Assembly: GCA_964448115.1 (NCBI GenBank)
Contig: CAYUVA010000011.1
Span: 1 to 64,000, forward strand
Origin: an uncultured bacterium
Lineage (GTDB): Bacteria > CAYUVA01
Direction of reading: 5' to 3'
Length of the DNA stretch: 64,000 nt
In this document: in pieces, positions 29,302 to 40,548 of the stretch
How positions within the stretch are numbered: position 1 is the stretch's first letter
Layout of the letters: each line of letters starts with the position of its first letter
Translations under genes and position numbers: made by a program
The notes under the pieces: model-generated
Database searches by the model: none
Seen by the model: only the letters and a program-made list of their open reading frames with translations
Told to the model about the DNA's origin: nothing

Positions 29302-31620
29302 ATGGAAAACAAGGTAAAAGTTTACGCTGTTCTATTGGTATTGCTCGCTTTTGCAGCATGGTCGTGGGCGGCTTATCCGCCAGGGTTCCAGGTCTTCTTC
29401 AACAATGCCTCGGAAGGAGAAAGCAACGACATCGACACCGAGCTTATCGCATTCATCGACTCGGCACAGGTGAACATCTCGGCTCATTTTTACCAGATCA
29501 ATCACATGGGCATTGTAGATGCTTTTGTAAGGGCTGCTAATAGGCTTGGTCCTTGTAATGTCCGCATCATTAGCGACGCTCACTACTCGCAGGATCCAAA
29601 TCCGGATTACAACCAGGCTTACAAGGCGCTGATCGATGCAGGTATCCCAGTAATCGATGAGACATGCGACGGCTCCTCAGACCAGTCGGAACATAGCCAT
29701 AACAAGTTCTGCATCGTTGATGAGGAAGCGGTTTGGACAGGAAGTTACAACATCACGCACAATGGCACCTTCAACAACAATAACAATGCGGTGCTGATTG
29801 AGGATGCCGGGCTAGCACAGGCATTCCTTACCGAGTTCAACGAGATGTGGGGCTCAAGCGGATGTGTTCCAGGCTGCGGCTCGACCTCTAAGTTCGGCAA
29901 TAAAAAGGCAGATAATACTGCCCATAACTTCAATATTGGCGGCGTGCAAGTGGAGGCTTACTTCGCGCCTAGCGATGGGTGCGAGCAGGCGATCTTGAAT
30001 GAGCTGTCCGCTGTGGATCAGGGCGTCTATTTCTGTATCTTCGTGTTTACCACCAATAGCATGGGAGATTCTATGATCGCAAGTTACGACAGCGGCTACG
30101 AGATTATGGGTGTCTTTGATAACCTCCAGGCATGGACGCAATACAGCGAGGGCACAAAGATGCGCAACCACGGGATGCCAGTCAAGGCAGACAGTGAGGT
30201 AGATCCACACGGAGATCTCCTGCATCACAAATTCATGGTAATCGATCCCTACGGTCATGATCCGACCGTAATCACTGGTAGCTATAACTGGACCGCCTCT
30301 GCGGAGGAAGATAATGACGAGAATATCCTTATCATCCACGATCCTGTTATAGCGCAGGCTTATTACCAGGAGTTTCTGAAGCGGTACTATGGCGATGAGA
30401 TTCCCACAGCGGAGCTTGTGATCACCGAGGTTATGGCAAATCCGCTGGAAGAGAGCACAGGAGAGTTTATCGAGATCTACAATTATGGAACTACTAGCGT
30501 TGATATGACTGGTTTCAAGATTACTGACGGCGATTCGACAGAAGAACTGTTTTCGTATTCAGGTGGTGATATGGTTCTAGGAGCGGGTAAATATGCTCTG
30601 ATTCTTGACCCCGATTATGCAGGCGAGTACTCGATTCCTAGCGGCACGCTACTATTGACCACAGGAGATAGCGCCATTGGTAATGGCTTGTCAGTGAATG
30701 ACCCTGTAACTTTATATGGCTCAGATGGCTCAACGGTAATCTCGACTTACGCTCATCCATTTAATCCAGGCAATGGCATCTCGGCGGAGAAGATAGATAT
30801 TCTTGGTGCGGATACAGCGGATAATTGGGCAGCCTCAACCTGTGCAAGCGGTAGCTCTCCTGGCGAGGTAAATTGCGTATCCCCACAGCCAAACACAGCG
30901 CCGGAGATATATGCGCTGGGTTATCTGGGCAGCTATATCAGCAGTCAATGGGGCGGCAACCTCGATATCCTGGTCATGGTGGATGATGCAGACGGCTGGC
31001 AGGATGTTACCGATGTGCAGATTCTCATGGGCGGTTCGCCGTCGGGTTTACATCTAAGCCTGGATAATCATTACGATGAGACGGTAACTAGCTGGACATT
31101 TCACGGCTCAGTAAGCCCGGGAGCAGCCAGGGGAGATTATCTGTTGGAGTTCGTGGCAACCGACAGTCAAGGAAATCAAAGCAATATATTCCCCTACATC
31201 ACCATTTACTCGGAAACAGGCGCACAAAATTACCGGATAAACGCTTTCCAGAGGGCGCTTGTGAGCAATAAGGCGATCATACTGGCAAATAAAAAGGCTA
31301 AAACAGGAAACCATACGCCTGTAATACTTGCTGGCGGTTACCTTTATCCCAAGGTTACCTATGAAAGCGGAGGGATTCTAGGCTTAACGGTGGTTGCAGA
31401 TGATGCAAACGGTGTGCTGGATATAATCGGCGCCCAGTTATGGTATGGAGGTAGTTACACGGGGATAGACCTGTATTCACTTGGACCTGGCGTCTATGAG
31501 GTAGCGTTCGATGTAGCACCAGGTATGCTTGATGCAGGTATCTACAGTCCGTTTGAGGCATTGGTTTATGACACGGGATATTCAGAGAGCGACCTGTGGC
31601 CATACTTGCGGGTGCATTAG
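29302..31620 (+). CDS. Secreted phospholipase D-family nuclease/lipase with lamin-tail domain and two C-terminal 'WPYL' domains
   Basis: Signal peptide; two HKD motifs (HNKFCIVD..TGSYN, HHKFMVID..TGSYN); LTD (LVITEVMANP..EFIEIYN). Confidence 0.88.
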   Translation: MENKVKVYAVLLVLLAFAAWSWAAYPPGFQVFFNNASEGESNDIDTELIAFIDSAQVNISAHFYQINHMGIVDAFVRAANRLGPCNVRIISDAHYSQDPNPDYNQAYKALIDAGIPVIDETCDGSSDQSEHSHNKFCIVDEEAVWTGSYNITHNGTFNNNNNAVLIEDAGLAQAFLTEFNEMWGSSGCVPGCGSTSKFGNKKADNTAHNFNIGGVQVEAYFAPSDGCEQAILNELSAVDQGVYFCIFVFTTNSMGDSMIASYDSGYEIMGVFDNLQAWTQYSEGTKMRNHGMPVKADSEVDPHGDLLHHKFMVIDPYGHDPTVITGSYNWTASAEEDNDENILIIHDPVIAQAYYQEFLKRYYGDEIPTAELVITEVMANPLEESTGEFIEIYNYGTTSVDMTGFKITDGDSTEELFSYSGGDMVLGAGKYALILDPDYAGEYSIPSGTLLLTTGDSAIGNGLSVNDPVTLYGSDGSTVISTYAHPFNPGNGISAEKIDILGADTADNWAASTCASGSSPGEVNCVSPQPNTAPEIYALGYLGSYISSQWGGNLDILVMVDDADGWQDVTDVQILMGGSPSGLHLSLDNHYDETVTSWTFHGSVSPGAARGDYLLEFVATDSQGNQSNIFPYITIYSETGAQNYRINAFQRALVSNKAIILANKKAKTGNHTPVILAGGYLYPKVTYESGGILGLTVVADDANGVLDIIGAQLWYGGSYTGIDLYSLGPGVYEVAFDVAPGMLDAGIYSPFEALVYDTGYSESDLWPYLRVH

Positions 31621-31640
31621 ATCTCATCATAATATGAATC

Positions 31641-31673
31641 TTCAAGGGATGGGATCTTTTCTCATCCCTTGAA
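31641..31673 (+). terminator. Stem-loop after the PLD gene
   Basis: TTCAAGGGATGGGA-TCTTT-TCTCATCCCTTGAA, 14-bp stem, no clear U-tract. Confidence 0.55.
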
Positions 31674-31711
31674 ATGAAAATCGATCAAGCAGAAAGGCTG
31701 AACATAAGATA

Positions 31712-32881
31712 ATGGCTGATAGCGAAAGGGATTTTATCCTTTTTGACCAACTATTGACTGAAGATGAGCTTATTGCCAGGCAAACAGCAAGGAAGTTCGT
31801 AGATGATATGGTCTTGCCGATCATAGCTGAAAGCTATGAACAAGCCAGGTTCCCCTTGCACCTGGTGAAAAAGATGGGAGAACTAGGCTTTCTAGGTTGC
31901 TATTTACCAGAGCGATACGGTTGTGCAGGAACCAATAACATAACCTACGGGGTGATCATGCAGGAACTTGAGCGTGGGGATAGCGGTATTCGCAGTTTTG
32001 CCTCCGTGCAGACATCGCTAGTTATGTATCCAATCTTTGCCTTTGGCTCCGAAGAGCAGAAAAGATATTGGCTGCCAAGGCTAGCTTCTGGAGAGGCGAT
32101 CGGATGCTTCGGCTTGACTGAGCCAGATCATGGTTCGGATCCTGGCTCCATGAAGACCAGGGCTATCCCTGATGGTGATGGTTATATCTTGCAAGGCTCT
32201 AAGATGTGGATCACTAATGGCTCAATTGCTGATCTGGCAGTTGTCTGGGCAAAGGACGAATCGGGGAAGGTTAAAGGCTTTCTAGTGGAGAAAGACACCA
32301 AGGGCTTCAGCGCCCCGGAGATAAAAAATAAGCTATCCCTTAGAGCATCCATAACCTCGGAGCTTGTCTTTGATGAATGCAGGGTTCCAAAGGAGAACAT
32401 GCTTCCCGGAGCAAGCGGTTTGAAGGCGCCGCTGGAATGCCTCTCCCAGGCGCGCTATGGCATCGCCTGGGGGGCTATGGGAGCTGCCGAATTCTGTTAC
32501 CAGGCTGCGTTAAACTACGCCAGGCATAGGATACAATTCGGAAAGCCGATCGCCTCTTTTCAGCTTATTCAGCAGAAGTTGGCATACATGCTTACTGAGA
32601 TAGTCAAAGGGAAGCTTCTTGCCTATCATGTGGGCAAACTGAAGGATCAAGGAAAAGCGAAGCATTATCATATCTCCATGGCAAAGATGAATAATGTTGA
32701 AAAGGCGCTTTATATTGCCCATCAAGCCAGAGAGATCCACGGCGCTAACGGCATCTCGCTCGAATACCATGTTATGCGCCATGCCTGTAACCTCGAATCG
32801 GTCAAGACATACGAGGGAACTCATGACATACATTTATTGATCCTTGGACAGTGGTGCACAGGTATTGAGTCGTTCAGGTAG
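31712..32881 (+). CDS. gcdH: Glutaryl-CoA dehydrogenase-type acyl-CoA dehydrogenase
   Basis: ELERGDSGIRSFASVQTSLVMYPI, GLTEPDHGSDP, LSLRASIT, NLESVKTYEGTHDIH. Confidence 0.85.
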   Translation: MADSERDFILFDQLLTEDELIARQTARKFVDDMVLPIIAESYEQARFPLHLVKKMGELGFLGCYLPERYGCAGTNNITYGVIMQELERGDSGIRSFASVQTSLVMYPIFAFGSEEQKRYWLPRLASGEAIGCFGLTEPDHGSDPGSMKTRAIPDGDGYILQGSKMWITNGSIADLAVVWAKDESGKVKGFLVEKDTKGFSAPEIKNKLSLRASITSELVFDECRVPKENMLPGASGLKAPLECLSQARYGIAWGAMGAAEFCYQAALNYARHRIQFGKPIASFQLIQQKLAYMLTEIVKGKLLAYHVGKLKDQGKAKHYHISMAKMNNVEKALYIAHQAREIHGANGISLEYHVMRHACNLESVKTYEGTHDIHLLILGQWCTGIESFR

Positions 32882-32902
32882 CCCCTTTAGTCATTAGTCC
32901 AT

Positions 32903-34975
32903 CTAATACAGGATCTTGTAAAGCTCAAATGGAGATTCTGAGGCTATCAGCACCAGGTAGCCGTCTTTGAAAACTCGCAAGCGTTCAAAGCGTTGCCTGA
33001 AGGAATACCTCTGCCCAGAAGGAATCTTGCTTGGCTGCATCGACATGGCTTCCAGGTTGATCAGGATATGCGTGAAGCCTTCATCGTTAAGTTCGTCAAG
33101 GATCTGATCATAGCTTCGCTCAGGAGACATGAACCACAAGATAGAAGCAACATCGTAAACTGCATCGTATGCGCGATCAAGGTATAAAACACGCTTCTCA
33201 AATAAGACCAGTATTCTTGTATTTTGGGGCAATCTTTCCTTGATGAAATCACAGATCCGATAGTATCCTCCAAGATTAGCATATAAATATTCTTCGTCAG
33301 TTTGGTAGCCTGATAGATATGGCAATCTCGTCTGAAGATCTATTATGTGGGGCAAAATTACCGCTGCCACAAGAAAAATGACCATTACATAAACTATTAT
33401 CTTTGTTGATATGCTCCAGGCGCCTATATATTTGTTCGATTTTTCTTGCAAAGCAAGGACACCGCAACTCGATAGGATTGATAAAAGCGGAAATATGGGC
33501 AGTAGATACCTTAACTGAAGAAATACTATCCAAGCAATAAAGTAAAATATGCTGAATAGGGCAATGATTCCAAGAAATCGCCTGGATTCTTTATATAATA
33601 AAGAAAATGGTATGAACATTAGAAAAAAAGGTCCCGTAATGCCATCAAAACCCTCTATTGTGAAATCGGAACGAACGCTTATATCCCAAGGAAGGGATAA
33701 CAGGCTTAATGCATCCCTCCCTTGACCATAATTTGAGTAATATTTTCCAAGCTGGTCAGCTTCCTCCTCGGTTAATCCGCTTCCTTTGAAGATGCTTGAA
33801 AAAAAAGGATAAACAGGGTTCCCAGTGCCTACCTGGTTCCTAATCAAGTATGGCAGGGCGGCAAGAAGAGTCATGGTTACAATAATGATGACAGATACGG
33901 TTATGGTTCTTAGGGAACGAGAGGTTATAAAACCCTCGAAAATAAGTATGATGATCACACCTGATGTGACCAAAAGACCGGTGTACTTTACTCCAAAAGC
34001 TATACCGCATAAAAAACCCATTAAATAAAGATATTTCAGATCCCAGTCTTGTATGAATCTACATAGAATAACAATAACGGTTAATGTGTAAAAAGTTAGA
34101 GCAAGGTCGTTGTATGCCATCTTGGCCACGAAGATAACCAGAGGATTAAAAGCGAAAAACACCAGGCTAAAACCATATCCCTTTATACCCAGGTGCTCCT
34201 TGCAGATAGCGTAAAGCAATAAAATGATGCCGATATAAAAACCGAAATGCAGGCTGCGAGCAAGCTGTGGGGAATCGATAGCGAATCCAAGCAAATTGAG
34301 CATTTGCATATTAAGTGGGTACCATGAGAATATGTTCCCAGCCAATTCGATTATCGAGTGCGCTCGGTAAAACTGCCTTGGCAGCTCGATGTGATATATC
34401 AGCGCATCGCTGCTGGTCGGAGGCAACAATGTATTAAGCCAGATAATGCTTAGAACCAAAAATAGCGCGATAATTAAAACTAGAACCGGGATCGGATGTT
34501 CATGTAAGTCCTTTGCTATGGAATATTTATTTTGCCTATCAGCCTTTTCCCATGAGAAAGTAGCATCATAACCGTGATCATCCTTTAACCTGTTATGCTT
34601 TGAAGAATCTTGATTAGGGCGCGATAATCTAAGAAAAAGGGCAAATCCTGAGATAACAATCACTACGAGTACACCCAACAGGCTCCAATGATAAAGCAAA
34701 CCAGCAAATCCTAAAATAAGATAGAGCAGTGCTATCAATCCAAGCCCGGTCGCAAGGCGTATCATCGCACCTTGAAGCCCTGCACCTATACCAGGAATCC
34801 ACGATAAACAAAGCCTTCCCAGGTAATAGGCAGCCAGGTAAAGCAGAGCTAGTATGCTTAAATGCAGAATCGATTTGGTTACAAGCGGGGTGCTAATAAA
34901 CCCGGGGGGATGATAACGAAAAAAGGCAATATATACAACAAGTAGCCAGGTAATGCCTCCGATAAGTAGAAGCAT
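32903..34975 (-). CDS. Multi-pass GT-C-like glycosyltransferase
   Basis: PPTSSDALIYHIELP, YNDLA, GVKYTG, RNQVGTGNPVYPF, RYLLPIFP; many TM helices. Confidence 0.7.
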   Translation of the reverse strand: MLLLIGGITWLLVVYIAFFRYHPPGFISTPLVTKSILHLSILALLYLAAYYLGRLCLSWIPGIGAGLQGAMIRLATGLGLIALLYLILGFAGLLYHWSLLGVLVVIVISGFALFLRLSRPNQDSSKHNRLKDDHGYDATFSWEKADRQNKYSIAKDLHEHPIPVLVLIIALFLVLSIIWLNTLLPPTSSDALIYHIELPRQFYRAHSIIELAGNIFSWYPLNMQMLNLLGFAIDSPQLARSLHFGFYIGIILLLYAICKEHLGIKGYGFSLVFFAFNPLVIFVAKMAYNDLALTFYTLTVIVILCRFIQDWDLKYLYLMGFLCGIAFGVKYTGLLVTSGVIIILIFEGFITSRSLRTITVSVIIIVTMTLLAALPYLIRNQVGTGNPVYPFFSSIFKGSGLTEEEADQLGKYYSNYGQGRDALSLLSLPWDISVRSDFTIEGFDGITGPFFLMFIPFSLLYKESRRFLGIIALFSIFYFIAWIVFLQLRYLLPIFPLLSILSSCGVLALQEKSNKYIGAWSISTKIIVYVMVIFLVAAVILPHIIDLQTRLPYLSGYQTDEEYLYANLGGYYRICDFIKERLPQNTRILVLFEKRVLYLDRAYDAVYDVASILWFMSPERSYDQILDELNDEGFTHILINLEAMSMQPSKIPSGQRYSFRQRFERLRVFKDGYLVLIASESPFELYKILY

Positions 34976-35023
34976 CCCTTTGAAAACTTCTTTCGATATC
35001 CCCTCTTCCCCTTGCTAGGTAAT

Positions 35024-36370
35024 TTACAGGATATACCTGCTCAAATCCTTGTCCTCGACAATGTCTGCCAGGCGCTCGGTTACATACTTTTCATCTATAA
35101 CCAGCTTAGTTATGCCTCGCTCGTCGGCATCGAAGCTGATATCCTCGAGCAGGTATTCCATGACCGTGTATAGCCTCCTGGCGCCGATATTTTCCGTCTT
35201 CTCGTTTATTATCTCAGCCATCTCGGCGATTTTAGCAATAGCACTCTTTTTAAAGACGATATTTACCCCCTCTGTTTGCAACAGTGCTTCGTATTGCTTG
35301 GTCAAGGCATTGCGCGGCTCGGTTAGAATGCGGATAAAGTCTTCCTTGTGAAGAGGATCTAATGAAACTCTTATGGGAAATCTTCCTTGTAATTCAGGGA
35401 TCAAGTCAGATGGCTTCGAGATATGGAAGGCTCCGGCAGCGATGAAAAGGATATGGTTCGTGTTTACAAGACCATGTTTTGTAGCGACCGTTGTACCCTC
35501 CACGATTGGCAGGATGTCCCGCTGCACGCCCTCCCTGGATACATCCGGTCCTCTGCCTGCCGACTCTCTGCTAGCGATCTTATCAAGCTCATCGATGAAG
35601 ATGATCCCCTTTTGCTCCACCGCATCTATCCCCTCGGCTACTGCCTTATCCTGGTCAATCAGCTTCTGCGCCTCCTCCTGGGTGAGATATTCCAGGGCTT
35701 CAGGGATCTTCATGGTTCGCTTTTTCTTGTTTCCAGACATGAAGGGGAGCATCTTGGAAAGGTGCATACTGATCTCCTCAATGCCGCTGCTGGAGAAGAT
35801 CTCTATGCCTTGCATTCCGCTGGCTTGCACCTCGACATCGACAGAGCGATGATCGAGCTTACCATCCCTGAGCAAGGAGCGCATCTTCTCCCTGCTTTTT
35901 TGATAGTGATCCTCGATCCCGTTAGCTTGCTGCCCCTTGGATGATGTATGCCTAGGAATCAATATATTAAGCAGCTTCTCCTCTGCTTGTTCTCTGGCTC
36001 GGATCTGGACTTCCTCATACATCCTGGCTTTGACCATATTGATCCCGATATCGACCAGGTCTCGTATCATGGACTCGACATCTCTGCCCACATAACCGAC
36101 CTCCGTGTATTTAGTCGCCTCGACCTTGAGGAACGGGGACTGAGCCAGTTTAGCGAGCCGGCGAGCGATCTCGGTCTTCCCTACCCCGGTTGGTCCCATC
36201 ATTATTATATTTTTGGGCAGTATCTCTTCTCGCATATCTTCGGGGATCTGCATCCTGCGCCAGCGGTTGCGAAGCGCGATAGCCACAGCCCTTTTTGCCT
36301 TATGCTGCCCGATTATATACTTGTCCAGCTCCTCTACGATGCGCCTGGGAGATAATATGTTGTTATCCAT
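35024..36370 (-). CDS. hslU: ATP-dependent protease ATPase subunit HslU
   Basis: [46 protein letters not shown]. Confidence 0.98.
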   Translation of the reverse strand: MDNNILSPRRIVEELDKYIIGQHKAKRAVAIALRNRWRRMQIPEDMREEILPKNIIMMGPTGVGKTEIARRLAKLAQSPFLKVEATKYTEVGYVGRDVESMIRDLVDIGINMVKARMYEEVQIRAREQAEEKLLNILIPRHTSSKGQQANGIEDHYQKSREKMRSLLRDGKLDHRSVDVEVQASGMQGIEIFSSSGIEEISMHLSKMLPFMSGNKKKRTMKIPEALEYLTQEEAQKLIDQDKAVAEGIDAVEQKGIIFIDELDKIASRESAGRGPDVSREGVQRDILPIVEGTTVATKHGLVNTNHILFIAAGAFHISKPSDLIPELQGRFPIRVSLDPLHKEDFIRILTEPRNALTKQYEALLQTEGVNIVFKKSAIAKIAEMAEIINEKTENIGARRLYTVMEYLLEDISFDADERGITKLVIDEKYVTERLADIVEDKDLSRYIL

Positions 36371-36377
36371 AATCCGG

Positions 36378-36914
36378 TTACAGTTCCTCTATGGTTATGT
36401 TTTCATTTGTATATATGCAAATCGACGCAGCTATTTTCATCGCTTTTTCAACAATCTGCCGGGCGGTAAGTTCCTCGTCATCTATTAGCGCCTTGGCTGC
36501 TGCGTAAGCAAAGGGTCCACCGGAGCCGATGGCTGCTATGCCCTCATCAGGCTCTATGATATCGCCCTGACCTGATATTATAAAAAGGTCATCCTTGTCA
36601 GCAGCGACGAGTAGTGCCTCTAATCTTCTGAGTATCTTGTCCGTGCGCCAGTCCTTTGCTAGCTCCACCGCGGCTCGGGTCAGGTTGCCGCTGAACTCGT
36701 TGAGCTTGCCATCTAGCTTCTCGAACAGGGACAAGGCATCCGCAACGCTTCCAGCGAAACCGACCAGGACCTTACCCTTATATAGAGTTCTTATCTTATT
36801 CGCCCGCTGCTTCATTATTGTATTGCCGATGGTTACCTGCCCATCGCTTGCGATAGCGACCTGGTCGCCTTTCTTCACCGCTAAAACGGTTGTGTGATGT
36901 ATAGCTCTATCCAT
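36378..36914 (-). CDS. hslV: ATP-dependent protease peptidase subunit HslV
   Basis: [34 protein letters not shown]; likely start 36914 with a short propeptide MDRAIHH. Confidence 0.96.
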   Translation of the reverse strand: MDRAIHHTTVLAVKKGDQVAIASDGQVTIGNTIMKQRANKIRTLYKGKVLVGFAGSVADALSLFEKLDGKLNEFSGNLTRAAVELAKDWRTDKILRRLEALLVAADKDDLFIISGQGDIIEPDEGIAAIGSGGPFAYAAAKALIDDEELTARQIVEKAMKIAASICIYTNENITIEEL

Positions 36915-36988
36915 AAGATACCGATCCCGTCTCGGATGTTTTCCTAAGTATAATAATATAGCAGCAACCGCCATTGTCAAAATCGTGT

Positions 36989-37030
36989 AAAAAAAGCCGG
37001 GTAAAGGAATTCCTTCACCCGGCTTTTTTT
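36989..37030. terminator. Intrinsic (bidirectional-type) terminator
   Basis: A7-GCCGGGT...ACCCGGC-T7 between the Spy-like gene and hslV. Confidence 0.85.
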
Positions 37031-37060
37031 ACATTCTTAGTTTTTAAGTGTTAACGGGGA

Positions 37061-37594
37061 TTATTCATCATCACTATCATCGAAGTCCTGCTCCCAGAAG
37101 GCACCAAAGCCCATTCCAGGACCCATTCCCATGCCGGGAGCCATTCCTCTATCAGGTCCCATACCTCGGCAATGCCCCATCATGCCCTTTCCCATTCCAG
37201 GCAACATGTCGAAGAATTTCTCGAGCTGTTCTGGGGTAAGCACCTTTCGCATGGCTAGTTTCTTCTTGAAGCGAGTGTCCATCATCTTGCTTTGCAACTG
37301 GTTCAACTCGGAATGTTTTGCCAGCAGATCCTTTTCTGAAGCATTCGGATCCCGTAGCATCTTGAAAAGCTCGTTTCTTTTCACCATAAGGTCCGCCTTG
37401 ATGTCAGCGGTCTCCTTGATGAAGTCAGCCTTGATCTTGATCATCTGCGCCTGCTGCTCATCGGTGAGGTTAAGCTCATCCTTGATAGCTTGTCTCTTGT
37501 GATGCCTCCAGGCACCTTTTTCCCATGCGTAGCCGACCGAGGCTATCATGGTTACTACCAGGAGCACAGCCATAACTGTCATTGCTTTTTTCAT
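37061..37594 (-). CDS. Periplasmic Spy/CpxP/ZraP-family chaperone
   Basis: Signal peptide; LNLTDEQ and VLTPEQ (LTxxQ) motifs; Gly/Met-rich tail. Confidence 0.85.
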   Translation of the reverse strand: MKKAMTVMAVLLVVTMIASVGYAWEKGAWRHHKRQAIKDELNLTDEQQAQMIKIKADFIKETADIKADLMVKRNELFKMLRDPNASEKDLLAKHSELNQLQSKMMDTRFKKKLAMRKVLTPEQLEKFFDMLPGMGKGMMGHCRGMGPDRGMAPGMGMGPGMGFGAFWEQDFDDSDDE

Positions 37595-37647
37595 CTTGAC
37601 CTCCTAGTCAAACGATGGTTAATGATCCTCATTCAAACTCAACCTTA

Positions 37648-37675
37648 TAGACCCCTGGCAGGGAAAAAGGTTTAA
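37648..37675 (-). promoter_or_regulatory. Possible ECF-sigma promoter of the Spy-like gene
   Basis: Minus strand TAAACC-N16-GTCTA, resembling AAC.../GTC ECF promoters, about 55 nt upstream of the start. Confidence 0.4.
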
Positions 37676-37731
37676 CCAGAATTAAAAGATTTTTTCGATT
37701 GCAAAAGAAAAAGGAAATGTATTCGAGAATC

Positions 37732-38310
37732 TTAAGGAATAAGTTGTCTGCGGATGTACTGACAATATAAGGCAGCAACCGGATTGTGAGCCAAAACGCG
37801 ATCTTTTACGACCAAAGTGGTTACAGGCGCCTTAGAATGCTTGGTGAATAGGATGTCATGTCCAATACATAAACCGAGAATGATATTCAACTCTGTCCCC
37901 TCTTTATTCAATAATCGTGCTTGTCCAATGGGATTGCATATCGCCTCGTACCGGCTGTGATCTATCTTCTCCAGACCAAGCTCCTCCTTAGCCGTCCCGC
38001 TGAACTTGCAACATACCGAGGAGACCTTGAAGCCATTTGATTTTAATATATGGTGAAGCACTCTAGCTTCCTGCTCGAAGCCAATGCAGAACGCGATTCC
38101 GAGATGACTCATCTTTGCCAACTTGCAGAATTGTATGATCTCCTGTAACCTGTTCCACCTTAAATATCCCCTAGCCTCTATTGCCGTGGCGGCTGCATGT
38201 AGCCTTTTATCTTCTGAATCCGAGTAATAATCGTCCCCGATGAAAGAACGCACCTCGAGACAATCTTGTCCCTGTGTACATTTCTTATACTCACAGATCG
38301 CACATTTCAT
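37732..38310 (-). CDS. DUF1847-family Cys-rich metal-binding protein
   Basis: GIAFCIG, SVCCK, CNPIGQA, GLCIGHD, KDRVLAHNP. Confidence 0.85.
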   Translation of the reverse strand: MKCAICEYKKCTQGQDCLEVRSFIGDDYYSDSEDKRLHAAATAIEARGYLRWNRLQEIIQFCKLAKMSHLGIAFCIGFEQEARVLHHILKSNGFKVSSVCCKFSGTAKEELGLEKIDHSRYEAICNPIGQARLLNKEGTELNIILGLCIGHDILFTKHSKAPVTTLVVKDRVLAHNPVAALYCQYIRRQLIP

Positions 38311-38359
38311 AAGAGTTCCTTACACCTGGTGAATTGTTATTTAGCCGACAAGCTTTAGG

Positions 38360-38719
38360 CTAAGTAATTCGTTCCTTAACACGGTTCTTCTCATCTACCA
38401 GAAGCACTATAGGCTTATGCTCTTTTGCTTCCTCGGGCGTGTAGAGGCTATAGAAGGCAAGAATCACCAGGTCTCCCTTGCTAACCAATCGAGCGGCGGC
38501 ACCGTTTAGGCATACCACTCCAGATCCTTTGGCTCCAGGGATGATATAGGTGCTGAAGCGAGCACCATTGGTGATATTGTAGATATCCACATGCTGATTG
38601 TTAGCCACGCCAGCTTGCTCCATGAGACCCTCATCCACGGTAACGCTCCCCTCATAGTCGAGGTCAGCATCGGTAACCGTAGCTCGATGGATCTTAGCTT
38701 GTAACAACTTGACAAGCAT
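38360..38719 (-). CDS. panD: Aspartate 1-decarboxylase
   Basis: KIHRATVT..YEGSVTVD (Gly-Ser cleavage site), NGAAARL. Confidence 0.97.
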   Translation of the reverse strand: MLVKLLQAKIHRATVTDADLDYEGSVTVDEGLMEQAGVANNQHVDIYNITNGARFSTYIIPGAKGSGVVCLNGAAARLVSKGDLVILAFYSLYTPEEAKEHKPIVLLVDEKNRVKERIT

Positions 38720-38770
38720 CCCTTATTGCCTCACTTTTTGCTTAATTTATCGATAATTAAAACAAGATAT

Positions 38771-39643
38771 CTAATCAGTTTGTTCAACTTTTATCACCAT
38801 ATTATCCAATAGCCTGGTCTTACCTATCTTGACTGCCATTGCGATGACAACCTTGCCTTGAATTTCCTTAATCGGCTTGAGATCATCAGCGTTCCTGATC
38901 TCGACATAATCGACCTCTGCCTCGGAGATGGAGCTTATTGTTAGCAATATAAGGTCATAGATCTTTTCTGGATCCCTCTCACCTTTCGTGATAGCATCCT
39001 TGGCAGCCAATAGGGATCTATATAATATGGTCGCTTTGCTTCTTTCTTGATCATTTAGATACTCGTTTCTTGAGCTCATTGCCAGACCATCCGGTTCCCT
39101 TACAATAGGGCAAATCTCGACATTTATGTTCATATTAAGATCAGCCACCATCTGCTTGATGATAAGCGCCTGCTGGTAATCCTTTTGCCCAAAGTAAGTA
39201 TTATGCGGTCTGACGATATTGAATAGCTTTGCGCACACGGTAGCCACTCCGGCAAAGAAGTGCGGTCGGGAGATGCTGCACAAGCCCTCGGCGAGTTTGG
39301 GCACCGTTATCACTGTCTGAAAACCGTTTGGATACATATCTTCCGCTTTTGGGCAAAAGATAATATCAACCCCCTCTTGTTGGCAGAGCTGCGCATCTTG
39401 GTCGAAATCTCTGGGATAGTCCTTGAAGTCCTCGCCGGGGGCGAACTGCATCGGGTTGACGAAAATGCTCACCACGGTAATATCATTGTCCTTTTTCGAG
39501 GCGCGAACCAGGCTCAGGTGTCCATCGTGCAGGTAACCCATGGTTGGCACGAAGCCGATCGTCTTATCCTCGCGGCGCAGGCTCTCGCTGGTGCTGGACA
39601 TGATCTTTGGTGAGCGAATGATCTCCATCTTCATATCTTCCAT
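38771..39643 (-). CDS. panC: Pantoate--beta-alanine ligase
   Basis: VPTMGYLHDGH, FVNPMQF, FGQKDYQQ, DGLAMSSRN. Confidence 0.97.
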   Translation of the reverse strand: MEDMKMEIIRSPKIMSSTSESLRREDKTIGFVPTMGYLHDGHLSLVRASKKDNDITVVSIFVNPMQFAPGEDFKDYPRDFDQDAQLCQQEGVDIIFCPKAEDMYPNGFQTVITVPKLAEGLCSISRPHFFAGVATVCAKLFNIVRPHNTYFGQKDYQQALIIKQMVADLNMNINVEICPIVREPDGLAMSSRNEYLNDQERSKATILYRSLLAAKDAITKGERDPEKIYDLILLTISSISEAEVDYVEIRNADDLKPIKEIQGKVVIAMAVKIGKTRLLDNMVIKVEQTD

Positions 39644-40479
39644 CCCATATCTCTTAGTATTTCCAACTCTTGCCGGGGGAGCTTGTAGGTATGCTCATCA
39701 GCAGGATATCTTAGGTTCTTTACATCATCGATAAACTCATCGGTTGCTTTTCTTATAGTTTCATTCAAATCAAGGTATTTTTTCACGAACTTTGGTAGCT
39801 TGGCATCTGTATAGCCTATAAAATCGTGGAATACGAGCACCTGTCCATCGCAACCGGCGCCAGCTCCTATGCCGATTGTGGGTATGGATAGTCTTGAGGA
39901 GATATACGGACTTAGCTCTGCTGGAATGCCTTCCAGCACGATAGCAAAGACTCCAGCTTCCTGGAGGGCAAGCGCATCCTCCAACAGCTCCTGCGCAGCC
40001 TGTGCGGTCTTGCCCTGAACCCGATAGCCTCCGAAGCGATGGATCGATTGCGGAGTAAGTCCCAGGTGACCCATGACAGGTATTTGTGCATCCAATATGG
40101 CTTTTATGGTCGGTATTATTCGCCTTCCGCCCTCCAGTTTGACTGCCGAGGCGCCGGCTTCCTTGATAAAACGACCAGCATTAGAAACCGCATCCGAGAT
40201 TCCAGCCTGGTAAGACATAAAGGGCATATCCCCTACCACCAAGGCTCTTTGAGCACCACGAGTTACCGCCTTTGTATGATGGATCATCTCATCCATGGTA
40301 ACCGGCAGGGTGCTATCGTAACCGAGCACCACCATTGAGAGTGAATCTCCGACCAGGATTATATCCACACCAGTTCTATCGAGGATTACGCTAGACGGAT
40401 AGTCATAAGCGGTGAGCATGATGATCTTCTCGGCGCGGGATTTAGCCTGGAGCAGTGAGGCTACGGTTATTTTTTCCAT
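39631..40479 (-). CDS. panB: 3-methyl-2-oxobutanoate hydroxymethyltransferase
   Basis: LTAYD, LVGDSL, DMPFMSY, VKLEGG, GHLGLTPQ; likely start 40479. Confidence 0.97.
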   Translation of the reverse strand: MEKITVASLLQAKSRAEKIIMLTAYDYPSSVILDRTGVDIILVGDSLSMVVLGYDSTLPVTMDEMIHHTKAVTRGAQRALVVGDMPFMSYQAGISDAVSNAGRFIKEAGASAVKLEGGRRIIPTIKAILDAQIPVMGHLGLTPQSIHRFGGYRVQGKTAQAAQELLEDALALQEAGVFAIVLEGIPAELSPYISSRLSIPTIGIGAGAGCDGQVLVFHDFIGYTDAKLPKFVKKYLDLNETIRKATDEFIDDVKNLRYPADEHTYKLPRQELEILRDMGWKI

Positions 40480-40548
40480 GATCGAAAATCTCTCCTTCCC
40501 CGTCATGGGGGATAGAAGTATTTTCACCTTTTATTATTCAGGCTAGTG

